Shown: positions 6,995 to 18,371 of the stretch, piece by piece
Numbering within the stretch: position 1 is the stretch's first letter
Layout of the letters: each line of letters starts with the position of its first letter
DNA from: Candidatus Methylomirabilis limnetica
Lineage (GTDB): Bacteria > Methylomirabilota > Methylomirabilia > Methylomirabilales > Methylomirabilaceae
Assembly (NCBI RefSeq): GCF_003044035.1
Contig: NZ_NVQC01000012.1
Span: forward strand, 1 to 32,000
DNA: 32,000 nucleotides
Direction: 5' to 3'
Program-made: the position numbers and the translations under genes
Notes under the pieces: model-generated
The model's input: only the letters and a program-made list of their open reading frames with translations
Database searches by the model: none
Told to the model about the DNA's origin: nothing

Positions 6995-7315
6995 TCATCG
7001 GGGACGCTCATAAAGCACCTTCCCTTCCAGGGAGGCCGGGCGAGCTACGGTGCCAGGAATATCACGGTCGCGCTCGAACTCCTCAGGGGTGATGACCACT
7101 ACGTCCCGCGCAAACCCCAAACCGGCGAGCGCCCGATCCATCGCTACCATCAGTGACCGGCGACTGCCTGTCAGCGGGCATACCACCAGGAGATCGACGT
7201 CGCTTCGCTCATCAGCCGTTCCCCGCGCTTGCGAGCCAAATAGAATCACGCGGTGTGGTTTAAATTGAGCGACCAGACGATCCCTGGCTTGATTTAATAC
7301 TTGCTCGCTAATCAT
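6995..7315 (-). CDS. minimal nucleotidyltransferase (MNT-type, HEPN/MNT module)
   Basis: The internal ATG at comp. 7313-7315 follows GGGGGAG. MISEQVLNQARDRLVAQFKPHRVILFGSQARGTADERSDVDLLVV contains the GS-x(n)-DxD motif. The 160-aa track ORF is an upstream extension. Confidence 0.8.
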   Translation of the reverse strand: MISEQVLNQARDRLVAQFKPHRVILFGSQARGTADERSDVDLLVVCPLTGSRRSLMVAMDRALAGLGFARDVVVITPEEFERDRDIPGTVARPASLEGKVLYERPR

Positions 7316-7581
7316 CTCCCCCTCGCAACTTTCAGATTCCTGCGCACACGCTAACTGAGACTGCCGTAGAAGCCGAGACGAGCTCGGACGAACTCCAACT
7401 CGGCCTTCAAGGGACTCAGCCTCGCAACTGAGTCTTGTCAAGCAGGTTAAACATAGCTCGGTTGACACGGGTGTCAAGCAAAATGAAACCGTTAGAACAG
7501 CAAAGGATCAACTAGAACACACGACCCTGTGCGACGATCGGGCTTGCGGCAGACGCTGCCTTCTGGCAGAATAACGGCACG

Positions 7582-8985
7582 ATGGCAGAGACACTCCTAG
7601 ACAAGATCTGGCGCGCTCACACTGTTCGGACGCTTCCCTCGGGACAGACGCAGCTTTTCGTCGGCCTGCACCTGCTCCACGAGGTGACCAGCCCTCAGGC
7701 CTTCCAGATGGTACGCGAGGCCGGGCTCACGGTCCGCTACCCCGAGCGGACCTTTGCGACCATCGACCACATCGTTCCTACCGCCTCTCAACTCCGTCCC
7801 TTCGCCGACCCGATGGCTGAGGAGATGACCGTCCACCTGACCCGAAACTGCAAGGAGTTCGGCATCCCATTCTTTGATCTGGACAGCAGCCGGCAGGGGA
7901 TCGTCCATGTTATCGGGCCGGAGCTTGGGCTGACCCAGCCGGGCATGACCATCGCCTGTGGCGACAGCCACACCTCCACCCACGGGGCGCTGGGGGCGCT
8001 GGCGTTCGGTATCGGCACCAGCCAGGTGCGGGATATCCTGGCGACCCAATGCATAGCGATGACCAAACCTAAGATTCGGCAGATCCGGATAGAAGGTAGG
8101 CTGACGCGTGGGGTCTACGCCAAGGATGTGATCCTGGCAATCATTCGCAAGCTGGGCGTGAAAGGCGGGGTAGGTTACGCCTATGAGTACGCGGGATCGG
8201 CAATTGAAGTGATGTCGATGGAAGAGCGTCTAACTATCTGTAATATGAGCATCGAGGGCGGGGGGCGCGTCGGCTATGTGAACCCCGACGCAACCACCTT
8301 CGAGTACCTCAGGGGACGCCCCTTCGCGCCACACGGCGAGGCCTTTGACCGGGCCGTGGCCTGGTGGAGGGGCACAGCGTCGGACCCAGACGCCACCTTC
8401 GACGATGTCGTGCTCCTCCATGGCCCCTCGATCGAGCCCATGCTCACCTGGGGCATCAACCCTGGGCAATCGATAGGGGTGAGCGAGCAGATCCCGCATC
8501 CAAACGACGCGCCCGATGTGGACAGAGCCGCCTGGGCCGAGGCGCTGACCTTCATGGATCTTGAGTCCGGCCAGCCGATCGTCGGGACGCCGATCGATGT
8601 CGCCTTCATCGGCTCCTGCACCAACGGGCGCCTCTCTGACTTGCGGGTTGCGGCCGAGGTTGTCCGGGGGCGAAAGGTGGCGGGGGGGATCAGGGCCCTC
8701 GTCGTTCCAGGGTCTCAGGCGGTGGCCATGGCAGCCGAGGCCGAGGGGCTCCACGAGATCTTTCTGGCGGCCGGGTTTGCGTGGCGAAAGGCGGGCTGTT
8801 CGCTCTGTCTCGGGATGAATGAGGATAAGCTGATAGGCCGGGAGCTTTGCGCCGCTTCCAGTAACCGGAACTTCAAGGGGCGCATGGGGAGCCCCACGGG
8901 GCGGACGCTCCTTATGAGCCCGGCTATGGTGGCCGCGGCAGCCATTCAAGGGAAGATCTCGGACGTGCGGGAGATGCTGCCGTGA
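7582..8985 (+). CDS. leuC: 3-isopropylmalate dehydratase large subunit
   Basis: 467 aa with aconitase-family motifs: [30 protein letters not shown] and the Cys-containing segment GCSLCLGMN. Confidence 0.95.
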   Translation: MAETLLDKIWRAHTVRTLPSGQTQLFVGLHLLHEVTSPQAFQMVREAGLTVRYPERTFATIDHIVPTASQLRPFADPMAEEMTVHLTRNCKEFGIPFFDLDSSRQGIVHVIGPELGLTQPGMTIACGDSHTSTHGALGALAFGIGTSQVRDILATQCIAMTKPKIRQIRIEGRLTRGVYAKDVILAIIRKLGVKGGVGYAYEYAGSAIEVMSMEERLTICNMSIEGGGRVGYVNPDATTFEYLRGRPFAPHGEAFDRAVAWWRGTASDPDATFDDVVLLHGPSIEPMLTWGINPGQSIGVSEQIPHPNDAPDVDRAAWAEALTFMDLESGQPIVGTPIDVAFIGSCTNGRLSDLRVAAEVVRGRKVAGGIRALVVPGSQAVAMAAEAEGLHEIFLAAGFAWRKAGCSLCLGMNEDKLIGRELCAASSNRNFKGRMGSPTGRTLLMSPAMVAAAAIQGKISDVREMLP

Positions 8986-9578
8986 GACAGGACGACCTTC
9001 GACGCCGGATCGCCGGTCGCGCGATACCGCTGCCCGGCAATGATATCGACACCGACCGGATCATCCCGGCCCGCTTTCTGAAATGCATTACCTTCGAGGG
9101 ACTTGAGGCGCACGTCTTCGAGGACGACCGCCGGCAGATGCCGGACCACCCGTTCAACCAGGCTCGCTACCAGGGGGCGACGATCCTGGTTGTCGGCCAA
9201 AACTTCGGCTGCGGCTCCTCGCGGGAGCATGCGCCGGAGGCGCTCAGGCGCTGGGGGATTCGCGGCATCGTGGGTGAGTCGTTCGCCGAGATCTTCTTCG
9301 GCAATTGCACGGCGATAGGACTCCCGTGTCTGACGCTGGATGCCGAAGGCGTCGCCTGGTTAGGAGGGGTCGTGTCGCGACGCCCGGAGCAGGAGGTCTT
9401 GCTGGATGTCGAGGACCGACTGGTGCGCCTTGATGAGCGGATATTCCCTACCATGATTCCAGATGGGGTACGGAATCAACTCTTGACGGGCACCTGGAAC
9501 GCGATGGGCGTCCTGCTGGAGGCTAGAGACGAGATCGACCGGGTCGCCAGGAGCCTTCCTTACGTCAACGGCTATTGA
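8982..9578 (+). CDS. leuD: 3-isopropylmalate dehydratase small subunit
   Basis: 198 aa with a GTG start that overlaps the leuC stop by 4 nt. It has the swivel-domain motif [17 protein letters not shown]. Confidence 0.93.
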   Translation: MRQDDLRRRIAGRAIPLPGNDIDTDRIIPARFLKCITFEGLEAHVFEDDRRQMPDHPFNQARYQGATILVVGQNFGCGSSREHAPEALRRWGIRGIVGESFAEIFFGNCTAIGLPCLTLDAEGVAWLGGVVSRRPEQEVLLDVEDRLVRLDERIFPTMIPDGVRNQLLTGTWNAMGVLLEARDEIDRVARSLPYVNGY

Positions 9579-9658
9579 GAGTGGTCAGTGATCAGTGATC
9601 AGACGCCGACCACAGCGCACTAGCCACTGCCCACTGCTATACCCCTATAGGAGGCAGG

Positions 9659-10447
9659 ATGAAGCTCACGGCCAACGGTATCGACATCCACTATACGATT
9701 GAGGGAGAGGGCCCGGTGGTGACCATGAGCCACGCCCTCGGGTGCAACCTCTCGATGTGGGATGAGCAGGCTCAGGCACTCAGTGGGCGCTACCGGGTAC
9801 TCAGGTATGATACGCGAGGGCATGGCGGTAGCAGTGCGCCGCCCGGCCCCTATAGCCTAGAACAGATGGCTGACGACCTGCACGGGCTGCTCACCGGCCT
9901 TGGTATCACGCAAACACACTTCGTGGGAATCTCGATGGGCGGGATGATCGGTCAGACCTTCGCGCTGAAGTACCCGATGCTACTCCAAGGCCTGATCCTC
10001 TGCTCCACCACTAGCCGCTACCCGGCGGCCATGCGATCTACCTGGGTGGAGCGGATCCGCACTGTAGAAGCGAAAGGGATGGAGCCGACGGTTGAGCCTG
10101 CACTTCAACGCTGGTTTACCCCGTCTTTCCGGGAACGCCGGCCAGATGTGATGGAGCGCGTAAGGGTCATGCTGCGGAGCACGCCTCCGCACGGGTGTAT
10201 CGGCTGCTGCTACGCGATCCCGACGATAGACCTCACCGATCGTCTCGGTGAGGTTCGCTGTCCGGCCCTCGTCATCGCAGGTGAAGACGATCCAGGGACT
10301 CCGGTTGCAATGGCGCAGGAGATCCACGTAGCCCTCCACTCCTCCGAGCTCGCCATCCTGCGCTCCGCTTCGCACCTGGGCAACCTGGAACAGCCGGAAG
10401 CGTTCAACCGTATCCTACTCGGCTTCCTTGATAAGGCGACTGAGTAA
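9659..10447 (+). CDS. alpha/beta hydrolase, 3-oxoadipate enol-lactonase-like
   Basis: 262 aa. The RBS is AGGAGG. It has a nucleophile elbow GISMGG, an HG oxyanion region and a C-terminal SASHL histidine. Confidence 0.85.
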   Translation: MKLTANGIDIHYTIEGEGPVVTMSHALGCNLSMWDEQAQALSGRYRVLRYDTRGHGGSSAPPGPYSLEQMADDLHGLLTGLGITQTHFVGISMGGMIGQTFALKYPMLLQGLILCSTTSRYPAAMRSTWVERIRTVEAKGMEPTVEPALQRWFTPSFRERRPDVMERVRVMLRSTPPHGCIGCCYAIPTIDLTDRLGEVRCPALVIAGEDDPGTPVAMAQEIHVALHSSELAILRSASHLGNLEQPEAFNRILLGFLDKATE

Positions 10448-10518
10448 CGGAAGGTCCCGCCTGTCAGCTTCGTGAGGAGCACCGATACTCCTCTTTGCCC
10501 TGCCTGAACGAGGCCCTA

Positions 10519-10560
10519 TAAAAAACAAGAAGGAGGTCCCGCATCAGGACCTCCTTCTTG
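10519..10560 (-). terminator. rho-independent terminator of small-gene copy A (also placed to terminate the converging hydrolase gene)
   Basis: A perfect 14-bp stem, caagaaggaggtcc (10526-10539) / ggacctccttcttg (10547-10560), encloses a 7-nt loop. A T6 tract follows on the minus strand (A6 at 10520-10525). Confidence 0.7.
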
Positions 10561-10586
10561 TTAAGAACCGCCGTAGCGCCTGAGTC

Positions 10587-10874
10587 TTACTCGATTATCT
10601 CGAGGACCCGACTCGTGACATTAGTGGCAATCTGCATGAGCTCACTGCGAAGCGCCTTGCGCTCATCAAGGACCAATATTTTATCGAGGTTGCCGAAGTT
10701 GCCTATCTCAATCGTAATGATTCGCTCCACCGAAGCAGCCAAGTGGTCCCCGAAGATGTGAAACCTCGAAACCCCTGGCTGAGCAAGCCAGAACTTCTTC
10801 ATCTTATCACGCAAGAAGTTATCCAACTCCTCTTCTCGCTTTGGGTCAACTTCACACAAGATGTGATAAACCAT
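10587..10874 (-). CDS. hypothetical small protein (95 aa), tandem paralogue A
   Basis: ATG preceded by AAAGGAGAGG. It has a clean ORF and its own terminator. It is 89/95 identical to paralogue B. Confidence 0.7.
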   Translation of the reverse strand: MVYHILCEVDPKREEELDNFLRDKMKKFWLAQPGVSRFHIFGDHLAASVERIITIEIGNFGNLDKILVLDERKALRSELMQIATNVTSRVLEIIE

Positions 10875-11079
10875 TGTACCTCTCCTTTCACACCAGATTA
10901 AAGTTGCGACAGCCTGCTCATCATCCTCGCGCGCTCAGCCCCTGAAAAGGCCCAACAAAAACACAAAACCTTTGCGGAGGTACAATTGCACGAAGGACAG
11001 CTTGTTGTCAACCAAATTACGGTTGGCTTGTCTTGTCAGACCCCTCTCATGATTCCTATCGTCGCCTGAACGAGGACCT

Positions 11080-11118
11080 AAAACAAGAAGGAGGTCCCGC
11101 ATCAGGACCTCCTTCTTG
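11080..11118 (-). terminator. rho-independent terminator of small-gene copy B
   Basis: It has the same 14-bp stem (11084-11097 / 11105-11118), followed on the minus strand by TTTTAG. Confidence 0.65.
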
Positions 11119-11144
11119 TTAAGAGCCGCCGTAGCGCCTGAGTC

Positions 11145-11432
11145 TTACTCGATTATCTCGAGGACCCGACTCGTGACATTAGTTGCGATCTGCATGAGCT
11201 CACTGCGAAGCGCCTTGCGCTCATCAAGGATCAAAATCTTATCGAAGTTACCGAAGTCGCCTATCTCAATCGTAATGATTCGCTCCACCTTATTAGCCAA
11301 GTGGTCCCCGAAGACGTGAAACCTCGAAACCCCTGGCTGAGCAAGCCAGAACTTCTTCATCTTATCACGCAAGAAGTTATCCAACTCCTCTTCTCGCTTT
11401 GGGTCAACTTCACACAAGATGTGATAAACCAT
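11145..11432 (-). CDS. hypothetical small protein (95 aa), tandem paralogue B
   Basis: The ATG at comp. 11430-11432 has the same RBS as copy A. The 125-aa track ORF is an upstream extension. Confidence 0.7.
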   Translation of the reverse strand: MVYHILCEVDPKREEELDNFLRDKMKKFWLAQPGVSRFHVFGDHLANKVERIITIEIGDFGNFDKILILDERKALRSELMQIATNVTSRVLEIIE

Positions 11433-11971
11433 TGTACCTCTCCTTTCACACCAGATTAAAGTTGCGACAGCCTGCTCATCACCCCCACGCGCTCGACCTC
11501 TGAAACGGCCCAACGGAAGCACAAGACCCTTTTGTGCGGGTAGAATTGCACTAAGGGCGACTTGTTGTCAACCAAATTACGGTTGGCCTGTCTTCTCACG
11601 TTGTTCATCGGTTCCCTTAGGAGGCGTCAAAAATCAACATTTACATCCACCAAAGCAACAAACCCCCTTGTATCCCCCTTTTGTAAAGGGGGAAGTTGCT
11701 GGAGAGGTTGTGCGAGATTGCAATCTAGTTAATGCTCCCCGTAATATATTGTCGCCTTTCATCTCAAGATGTAAGGCAGGCTCATGAGCGAGGTCTCTCA
11801 CGCCGAGTTGTCGCGACTTTCCGCTTGACAGCGGGATCGAAGAACGGTATCACACTATGCCTAATCTGTGTGGGGCATCTCCGCCGTCGGCCTTGCCCTT
11901 CACCTTCCAGGGCCCGCGAGGGAGGGGCTTTTCCTATTGCTTAGCGTGGCTGTGTGTAGCTGTTTTTCACG

Positions 11972-11999
11972 TGACGTATCACACGGTTTCGGCTATATT
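11972..11999 (+). promoter_or_regulatory. candidate sigma70-type promoter for gltB
   Basis: TGACGT (11972-11977), a 16-nt spacer and TATATT (11994-11999), lying ~50 nt upstream of the gltB GTG. This rests on sequence pattern only. Confidence 0.3.
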
Positions 12000-12051
12000 C
12001 AATGATAATTATCACTGATCGACTACTTCGAAAAGGTAGAAGGAGAACTGT

Positions 12052-15000
12052 GTGACTGACCAGACGGATTCGGTGTCTGTGAACCATTACGGTGTCCCAC
12101 CTAAACAGGGCCTTTATGACCCAGCCTACGAACATGACGCCTGCGGCGTCGGCTTCGTGGTAGACATCAAGGGTCGTAAGTCCCACGCCATCATCCAGCA
12201 GTCGCTGACGATCCTGAAGAACCTGCTTCATCGTGGCGCGTGCGGCTGCGAGCCGAACACGGGCGATGGGGCAGGCATCCTCATTCAGATGCCCCACGCC
12301 TTTCTCGCCCGCGAGTGCGCCAAGATAGGGATCACCCTGCCTGCGCCGAAGCAGTACGGCGCCGGGCTAGTCTTCCTGCCCACTGACCCTTCGCAGTCCG
12401 CAAAATGCCAGGCGATCTTCGAGGAGCTGATACTGGAAGAGGGGCAGACGCTCCTGGGGTGGCGGGACGTACCGACCGACGACTCGTCGATCGGCCCCAG
12501 CGCCAAGGCCGCCGAGCCGATCTTCAAGCAGATCTTCATCGGCCGCAATCCCTCCATCAAGGACGACCTGGCGTTCGAGCGGAAGCTCTACGTGATCCGC
12601 AAGCAGGTCGAGCATGTGGTCTACGGCTCGGCCCTGCCGCAGCGGAAGCTCTTCTATGTACCAAGCCTCTCCTCAAATACGCTGATCTACAAGGGGATGC
12701 TTTCGGCGGATCAGATCGAGACGATCTTCCCGGACATCATGGACCCGGCCGTCGAATCGGCGCTGGCGCTGGTTCACCAGCGCTTCTCGACCAATACCTT
12801 CCCCTCCTGGCCGCTGGCCCACCCGTATCGATATGTGGCGCATAATGGCGAAATCAACACGCTGCGTGGCAACATCAACTGGATGCGCGCCCGCGAGGCG
12901 CTGTGCGAGTCAGAGCTACTGCCGGACCTCAAGAGGATCTTTCCGATCGTGCTGGAGGGTGGGAGCGACTCGGCGATCTTCGACAACGTCCTGGAGTTCC
13001 TCGTGATGGCCGGGCGTCCCCTGCCACACGCCGTCCTTATGATGATCCCGGAGGCCTGGAGCGGTCACGAAGCAATGGACGAAGAGCGCAAGGCCTTCTA
13101 CGAGTACCATAGCTGCCTGATGGAGCCATGGGACGGGCCGGCCTCGATTGCCTTTACCGACGGGACGGTGATCGGGGCGGTACTGGACCGGAATGGACTG
13201 CGCCCGTCGCGCTACTACGTCACGAAGGACGGCCTGGTCGTCATGGCCTCCGAGGTGGGGGTGCTGGACATCCCGCCCGAGAATGTGCTGATTAAGGAGC
13301 GCCTGCACCCCGGACGGATCTTTCTGGTGGACACCGCCCAGGGGAGGATCGTCGACGATACCGAGTTGAAGCGCGCCGTTGCCACCGAGCACCCGTATCG
13401 GGAGTGGCTTGAGGCGAACCTGGTCCCGCTGGAGGAGCTGCCGGCGCCCTCGCACGTCCATGAGCCGGATCACGAGACCGTACTGCAGCGACAGCAACTC
13501 TTCGGCTACACCCACGAAGACCTGCGCATCCTGATTGGACCAATGGCCTTGAAGGGTGAGGAGCCGGTCGGCTCTATGGGGACCGACACGCCGCTCGCCG
13601 TCCTCTCCAACCGTCCGCGTCTGCTCTATGATTATTTCCAGCAACTCTTTGCCCAGGTGACCAACCCTCCGCTGGACGCGATCAGGGAGGAGCTGGTGAC
13701 TCAGATGGCGACGACTATCGGTCCGGAACAGAACCTGCTCAAGCCGGAGCCTGAAAGCTGCCGGCAGCTCAAATTGAAGACGCCGGTCCTGGACAATGAG
13801 GAGTTGGCGCGGATCCGCTATATGGATCTACCCGGCTTCAGGTCGATCACGCTGCCGATGCTGTTCCCGGTGAACGAAGGTGGCAAGGGCCTCCAGCAGG
13901 CGCTGGAGGAGCTGTACCATAAAGCGAGCCAGGCTATTGCCGATGGCTACACCTTCCTCATCCTGTCCGATCGGGGTGTATGTAAGGAGTTGGCCCCGAT
14001 CCCGGCCCTCCTCGCTACCGCCGGCGTCCATCATTATCTGGTCCGGGAGGGAACCCGAACGCGGGTTGGGCTGGTGATCGAGAGCGGCGAGGCGCGCGAG
14101 GTCCACCATGCGGCACTGCTCATCGGGTACGGCGCGGGCGCTATCAACCCATACCTGGCCTTCGAGACCATCGATGACATGATCCGCGATGGGCTGCTGC
14201 CGGGGATAGATCACAAGAAGGCCGTCAAGCACTACATCAAGGCGCTCAACAAAGGTGTCCTGAAGGTGATCTCCAAGATGGGGATCTCCACGATCCAATC
14301 CTACCGTGGCGCCCAGATCTTCGAGGCGATCGGGCTGGATAAGGCGTTCGTGGATCGGTGCTTCACCTGGACCGCATCCAGAATCGGCGGCATCGGAATC
14401 GACGGGGTTGCCGAAGAGGTGATCCTCCGCCATCGCAAAGCCTTCCCCGACCGACCCGTCGGCCAGGCTGACCTTGAGTGGGGCGGTGAATACCAGTGGC
14501 GGCGAGACGGCGAGTACCATATCCTTAACCCTGATACGGTCTTCAAGCTGCAGCACTCCACACGAACCGGCCAGTATACCGTATTCAAGGAGTACACAGA
14601 GCTGGTGAACAACCATAGCCAGAGTCTGTGTACCCTCCGGGGGCTGTTCGAGGTCAAACGTGCTGAGCAGCCGATCCCGATCGAGGAGGTTGAGCCCGTC
14701 GAGTCGATCCTCAAGCGCTTCGCTACCGGAGCCATGTCGTACGGCTCGATCAGCCAGGAGGCCCACGAGACACTGGCCATTGCCATGAATCGGTTGGGCG
14801 CCAGGTCGAATACCGGAGAGGGGGGCGAGGATCCGGCCCGCTTCACGCCGGACCCCAACGGCGACTCGCGCCGTAGCGCCATCAAGCAAGTGGCCTCCGG
14901 CCGCTTCGGAGTCACCAGCGAATACCTGGTCAATGCTACCGACCTGCAGATCAAGATGGCGCAGGGCTCTAAGCCTGGTGAGGGCGGCCAGCTCCCCGGG

Positions 15001-16641
15001 ACAAAAGTCTACCCCTGGATCGCCAAGGTGCGGAATTCGACTCCTGGCGTAGGCCTTATCTCGCCGCCGCCGCACCACGACATCTACTCTATCGAAGACA
15101 TCAAGCAGCTCATCCATGACTTGAAGAATAGTAATCCAAGTGCGCGTATTCACGTCAAACTTGTCGCTGAAGTAGGGGTCGGGACGATCGCGGCTGGGGT
15201 CGCCAAGGCCTTCTCTGATGTGGTCCTGATCTCCGGCCACGATGGCGGTACCGGCGCCTCCTCGCTAAGCTCCATCAAGCACGCCGGCCTGCCATGGGAG
15301 CTGGGGCTTGCCGAGACCCAGCAGGTGCTGGTGATGAACAAGCTCCGGGATCGGATCAGCGTCCAGGTCGATGGTCAGATGAAGACAGGGCGCGACGTCG
15401 TCATCGCCGCGCTGCTGGGCGCCGAGGAGTATGGTTTCTCTACGGCGCCGCTGGTCGTATCGGGCTGCATCATGATGCGCGTCTGCCATCTGAACACCTG
15501 CCCGGTTGGGGTCGCCACTCAGGATCCCGAGCTCAGGAAGAACTTCTCCGGCAAGCCCGAGTATGTCGAAACCTTCTTCCGCTTCATCGCTGCCGAGGTG
15601 CGCGAGCTGATGGCGGAGCTTGGCTTCCGCACGATGGATGAGATGATCGGCCGCGTAGATAAGCTCGACATGAAGAAGGCCGTAGAGCACTGGAAGGCCA
15701 AGGGTCTGGACTACTCGTCGATCCTCTATCGCCCGGAGGTCGGGCCGGAGGTGGCCATCCGTAAGGTGCGAGAGCAGGACCATGGCCTGGAGCAGTCGCT
15801 GGACATGACCACCATCGTCCCACTCTGCCGGCCCGCGCTAGAGCGGCGTGAGCCGGTGGGCCTGCGCCTATCGATCAGGAACGTGAATCGCACGGTCGGC
15901 ACCATTCTGGGTTCCATGGTGACCAGCCGCTACGGAGGCGACGGCCTGCCGGAGGATACGATCCGGATCCACTTCGCAGGGTCGGCCGGGCAAAGCTTCG
16001 GCGCCTTCATACCCCAAGGGATCACGCTGGCCCTGGAGGGCGATAGTAACGACTTTCTTGGCAAGGGGCTGTCTGGCGGAAAGATCATCGTCTTCCCACC
16101 CCGTCAGGCGACGTTCGTCCCCGAAGAGAATATCCTGGTCGGCAACGTGGTGCTATACGGCGCAACGAAGGGTGCGGCCTATCTCCGAGGAGTTGCCGGC
16201 GAGCGGTTCGCGGTGCGCAACAGCGGCGCCCATGCGGTGGTGGAGGGTATCGGAGACCACGGCTGCGAGTACATGACGGGCGGCCGCGTCGTCGTAATCG
16301 GTCGCACCGGACGCAACTTCGCCGCAGGGATGTCCGGCGGAATAGCCTACGTCCTGGACGAAGCCGGCGACTTCAAGGCCCGGTGCAATCTTAGTATGGT
16401 CGATCTGGAAGCCTTAGATGCCGAGGAGGAGATTGAGGAGGTCAAGGCAATGTTGCGGCGCCACCTCCACTACACCGGCAGCACTGTGGCCGAGCGGATC
16501 CTTGGGAGCTGGCAGACGATGGAAGCGAAGTTCGTTAAGGTGATACCAAAAGACTACAAACGGGCGATGATGGCGATGAAACGCGCTGAGAGCGAAGGGA
16601 TCCCCTGGGAGGAGGCGGTGATGATGGGCGCCCATGGGTAA
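12052..16641 (+). CDS. gltB: glutamate synthase (GOGAT) large subunit
   Basis: 1529 aa. The GTG start follows GAAGGAG. It has the Ntn-amidotransferase Cys in [13 protein letters not shown]/Fe-S central domains and a C-terminal GXGXG beta-helix region. Confidence 0.97.
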   Translation: MTDQTDSVSVNHYGVPPKQGLYDPAYEHDACGVGFVVDIKGRKSHAIIQQSLTILKNLLHRGACGCEPNTGDGAGILIQMPHAFLARECAKIGITLPAPKQYGAGLVFLPTDPSQSAKCQAIFEELILEEGQTLLGWRDVPTDDSSIGPSAKAAEPIFKQIFIGRNPSIKDDLAFERKLYVIRKQVEHVVYGSALPQRKLFYVPSLSSNTLIYKGMLSADQIETIFPDIMDPAVESALALVHQRFSTNTFPSWPLAHPYRYVAHNGEINTLRGNINWMRAREALCESELLPDLKRIFPIVLEGGSDSAIFDNVLEFLVMAGRPLPHAVLMMIPEAWSGHEAMDEERKAFYEYHSCLMEPWDGPASIAFTDGTVIGAVLDRNGLRPSRYYVTKDGLVVMASEVGVLDIPPENVLIKERLHPGRIFLVDTAQGRIVDDTELKRAVATEHPYREWLEANLVPLEELPAPSHVHEPDHETVLQRQQLFGYTHEDLRILIGPMALKGEEPVGSMGTDTPLAVLSNRPRLLYDYFQQLFAQVTNPPLDAIREELVTQMATTIGPEQNLLKPEPESCRQLKLKTPVLDNEELARIRYMDLPGFRSITLPMLFPVNEGGKGLQQALEELYHKASQAIADGYTFLILSDRGVCKELAPIPALLATAGVHHYLVREGTRTRVGLVIESGEAREVHHAALLIGYGAGAINPYLAFETIDDMIRDGLLPGIDHKKAVKHYIKALNKGVLKVISKMGISTIQSYRGAQIFEAIGLDKAFVDRCFTWTASRIGGIGIDGVAEEVILRHRKAFPDRPVGQADLEWGGEYQWRRDGEYHILNPDTVFKLQHSTRTGQYTVFKEYTELVNNHSQSLCTLRGLFEVKRAEQPIPIEEVEPVESILKRFATGAMSYGSISQEAHETLAIAMNRLGARSNTGEGGEDPARFTPDPNGDSRRSAIKQVASGRFGVTSEYLVNATDLQIKMAQGSKPGEGGQLPGTKVYPWIAKVRNSTPGVGLISPPPHHDIYSIEDIKQLIHDLKNSNPSARIHVKLVAEVGVGTIAAGVAKAFSDVVLISGHDGGTGASSLSSIKHAGLPWELGLAETQQVLVMNKLRDRISVQVDGQMKTGRDVVIAALLGAEEYGFSTAPLVVSGCIMMRVCHLNTCPVGVATQDPELRKNFSGKPEYVETFFRFIAAEVRELMAELGFRTMDEMIGRVDKLDMKKAVEHWKAKGLDYSSILYRPEVGPEVAIRKVREQDHGLEQSLDMTTIVPLCRPALERREPVGLRLSIRNVNRTVGTILGSMVTSRYGGDGLPEDTIRIHFAGSAGQSFGAFIPQGITLALEGDSNDFLGKGLSGGKIIVFPPRQATFVPEENILVGNVVLYGATKGAAYLRGVAGERFAVRNSGAHAVVEGIGDHGCEYMTGGRVVVIGRTGRNFAAGMSGGIAYVLDEAGDFKARCNLSMVDLEALDAEEEIEEVKAMLRRHLHYTGSTVAERILGSWQTMEAKFVKVIPKDYKRAMMAMKRAESEGIPWEEAVMMGAHG

Positions 16642-18079
16642 GCCGACCGGTTTCATCGAGTTCAAGCGCGAGAAGCAGCCATACCGGCCCGTCGAGGAAC
16701 GGGTCCAAGACTGGCAGCAGGTGATGCTGCCGTGGCCGGTAGAGGTACTGAGGCGGCAGGGGGCGCGCTGCATGGACTGCGGCATCCCGTTCTGCCACCA
16801 GGGCTGCCCGCTGGGCAATATCATCCCAGACTGGAACGACCTGGTCTACCGCGATCGGTGGCGGGACGCCATAGAGCGCCTGCACGCCACCAACAACTTC
16901 CCGGAATTTACCGGGACCGCCTGCCCGGCGCCCTGCGAGGGATCGTGCGTCCTCGGGATCAACAACGATCCGGTCACGATCAAGGCGATTGAGCTGGCCA
17001 TCATCGATCACGCCTTCGAGGCGGGATGGATTATACCGGAGCCTCCCGCCGTACGCAGCGGGAAAAAGGTCGCAGTGGTGGGCTCTGGCCCTGCCGGGCT
17101 CGCGGCGGCCCAGCAACTCAATCGTGCCGGTCACTGGGTCACGGTCTTCGAGCGGGCCGACAGGATCGGTGGTCTCCTACGCTACGGGATTCCGGAGTTC
17201 AAACTCGAGAAGCGGGTACTGGACCGGCGGCTTGACGTGATGGCAAAGGAGGAGATTCAGTTCCGCGTCAATGCGAACATCGGGGTGAATGTGGCGGTCG
17301 AGGAGCTTCGGCGCGAGTTCGATGCTATCCTGCTCGCTGGGGGAGCTACCACGCCGCGAGACCTCGCGCTCCCGGGACGCGAACTGCGCGGGATCCACTT
17401 CGCCATGGAGTACCTGACCCTCCAGAACCGGCGCTGCGAGGGCGAGTTAATTCCTGATGAGACGTTCATCACCGCCAATGGGAAGCGAGTGGTCATTATC
17501 GGCGGTGGCGACACCGGCGCTGACTGCCTGGGAACCGCACACCGTCATGGGGCACTCTCCGTCCATCAGTTCGAGTTGCTCCCCCAGCCACCGGATACCC
17601 GCGCGCCTGATAATCCCTGGCCCCAGTGGCCGGTCATCTTCCGCACCTCTTCCGCGCACCAGGAGGGCGGCATCCGTGAATACGCGGTCTCTACCGCTAG
17701 CTTTTCCGGAGAGAACGGCCAGGTCAAGAAGCTGCACGCGCACCGGGTCGAGACGGCTACCGAAAACGGCCGGATGGCCTTCAGACCGATTCCGGGCACC
17801 GAGTTCGAGCTGGAAGTCGACATGGTCCTGCTCGCCATGGGCTTTCTGGGTCCGGAGCGCAACGGACTACTTAGCGACCTCGGCGTAAGGCTTACCGATC
17901 GCGGCAACGTCTGGCGCGACGGGAACTGGATGACCAGTGTGCCCGGCGTATTCACCGCAGGCGACATGCAGCGCGGCCAATCGCTGATCGTCTGGGCCAT
18001 CGCCGAGGGCCGGAGCGCCGCCCGCGGCATCGATCACTACCTCATGGGTCACTCCGCCCTCCCTGCTCCCATCCCCTAA
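16634..18079 (+). CDS. gltD: glutamate synthase small subunit (NAD(P)H-dependent)
   Basis: 481 aa, overlapping gltB by 8 nt. It has Cys clusters CMDCGIPFC...GCPL and dinucleotide folds [14 protein letters not shown] and [13 protein letters not shown]. Confidence 0.95.
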   Translation: MGKPTGFIEFKREKQPYRPVEERVQDWQQVMLPWPVEVLRRQGARCMDCGIPFCHQGCPLGNIIPDWNDLVYRDRWRDAIERLHATNNFPEFTGTACPAPCEGSCVLGINNDPVTIKAIELAIIDHAFEAGWIIPEPPAVRSGKKVAVVGSGPAGLAAAQQLNRAGHWVTVFERADRIGGLLRYGIPEFKLEKRVLDRRLDVMAKEEIQFRVNANIGVNVAVEELRREFDAILLAGGATTPRDLALPGRELRGIHFAMEYLTLQNRRCEGELIPDETFITANGKRVVIIGGGDTGADCLGTAHRHGALSVHQFELLPQPPDTRAPDNPWPQWPVIFRTSSAHQEGGIREYAVSTASFSGENGQVKKLHAHRVETATENGRMAFRPIPGTEFELEVDMVLLAMGFLGPERNGLLSDLGVRLTDRGNVWRDGNWMTSVPGVFTAGDMQRGQSLIVWAIAEGRSAARGIDHYLMGHSALPAPIP

Positions 18080-18371
18080 ATTCACAAAAGACGCACTCCA
18101 TTCGTACTGAGGAGGTCCTGCCTGTGAGGGCTGTGACTGCTGCGGAGCTTCCTGGCAGGAAAAGCACGCGGCAACCCGATGGGCTTCTGGTCTATTCATA
18201 CATAGAGCGTCACTACTCGGGTGTTCAGGCTGTAGGCTGTTAGTCGTTGCGCATGGACCGAATCAAGGCGCACTTCATCGGCCAGTTCAAACGCTCTGAG
18301 CTTGGTATGGTCTCGGAGGGCGCGTTCCTACAGTCTAAAAGCCTACAGTCTATCTGCCTGAGTAGTTACAT

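Larger units (their letters stand above)
10503..11596. repeat. tandem direct duplication (~540-560 bp unit x2) covering terminator, small gene, leader and upstream region
   Basis: Unit 1 spans ~10503-11040 and unit 2 spans ~11065-11596. They are collinear from cctgaacgagg to caaccaaattacggttggc.tgtctt.tca. Confidence 0.9.

Noticed and set aside
7316-7477. Upstream extension of the MNT ORF (160-aa version), and similarly 11433-11522 for small-gene copy B
   Set aside because: The internal ATGs have strong RBSs and match the family or paralogue N-termini. The extensions are not conserved between the two paralogues.
10875-10990. Anti-Shine-Dalgarno sequestering helix in the leader of small-gene copy A (attgtacctc pairing with gaggtacaat at the RBS and start)
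   Set aside because: The upstream arm is not conserved in copy B (attctacccgc), while the RBS region is identical. A conserved riboswitch- or thermometer-type helix is therefore not supported.
10980-11030. Sigma-54 (GG-N10-GC) or strong sigma-70 promoter for the duplicated small gene
   Set aside because: GGTACAATTGCA has the wrong spacing and strand for a -24/-12 element. TTGACA is present on the minus strand, but the best -10-like hexamers lie at non-optimal spacing, so no promoter feature was called.
12285-18199. Long antisense or alternative-frame ORFs within gltB and gltD (e.g. 13828-15240 at 470 aa, 12916-13644, 15265-15783, 16535-17134, 17566-18030)
   Set aside because: They lie entirely inside the strongly supported gltB and gltD frames. 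They give low-complexity Arg/Gly/Pro-rich translations typical of shadow ORFs in GC-rich DNA.
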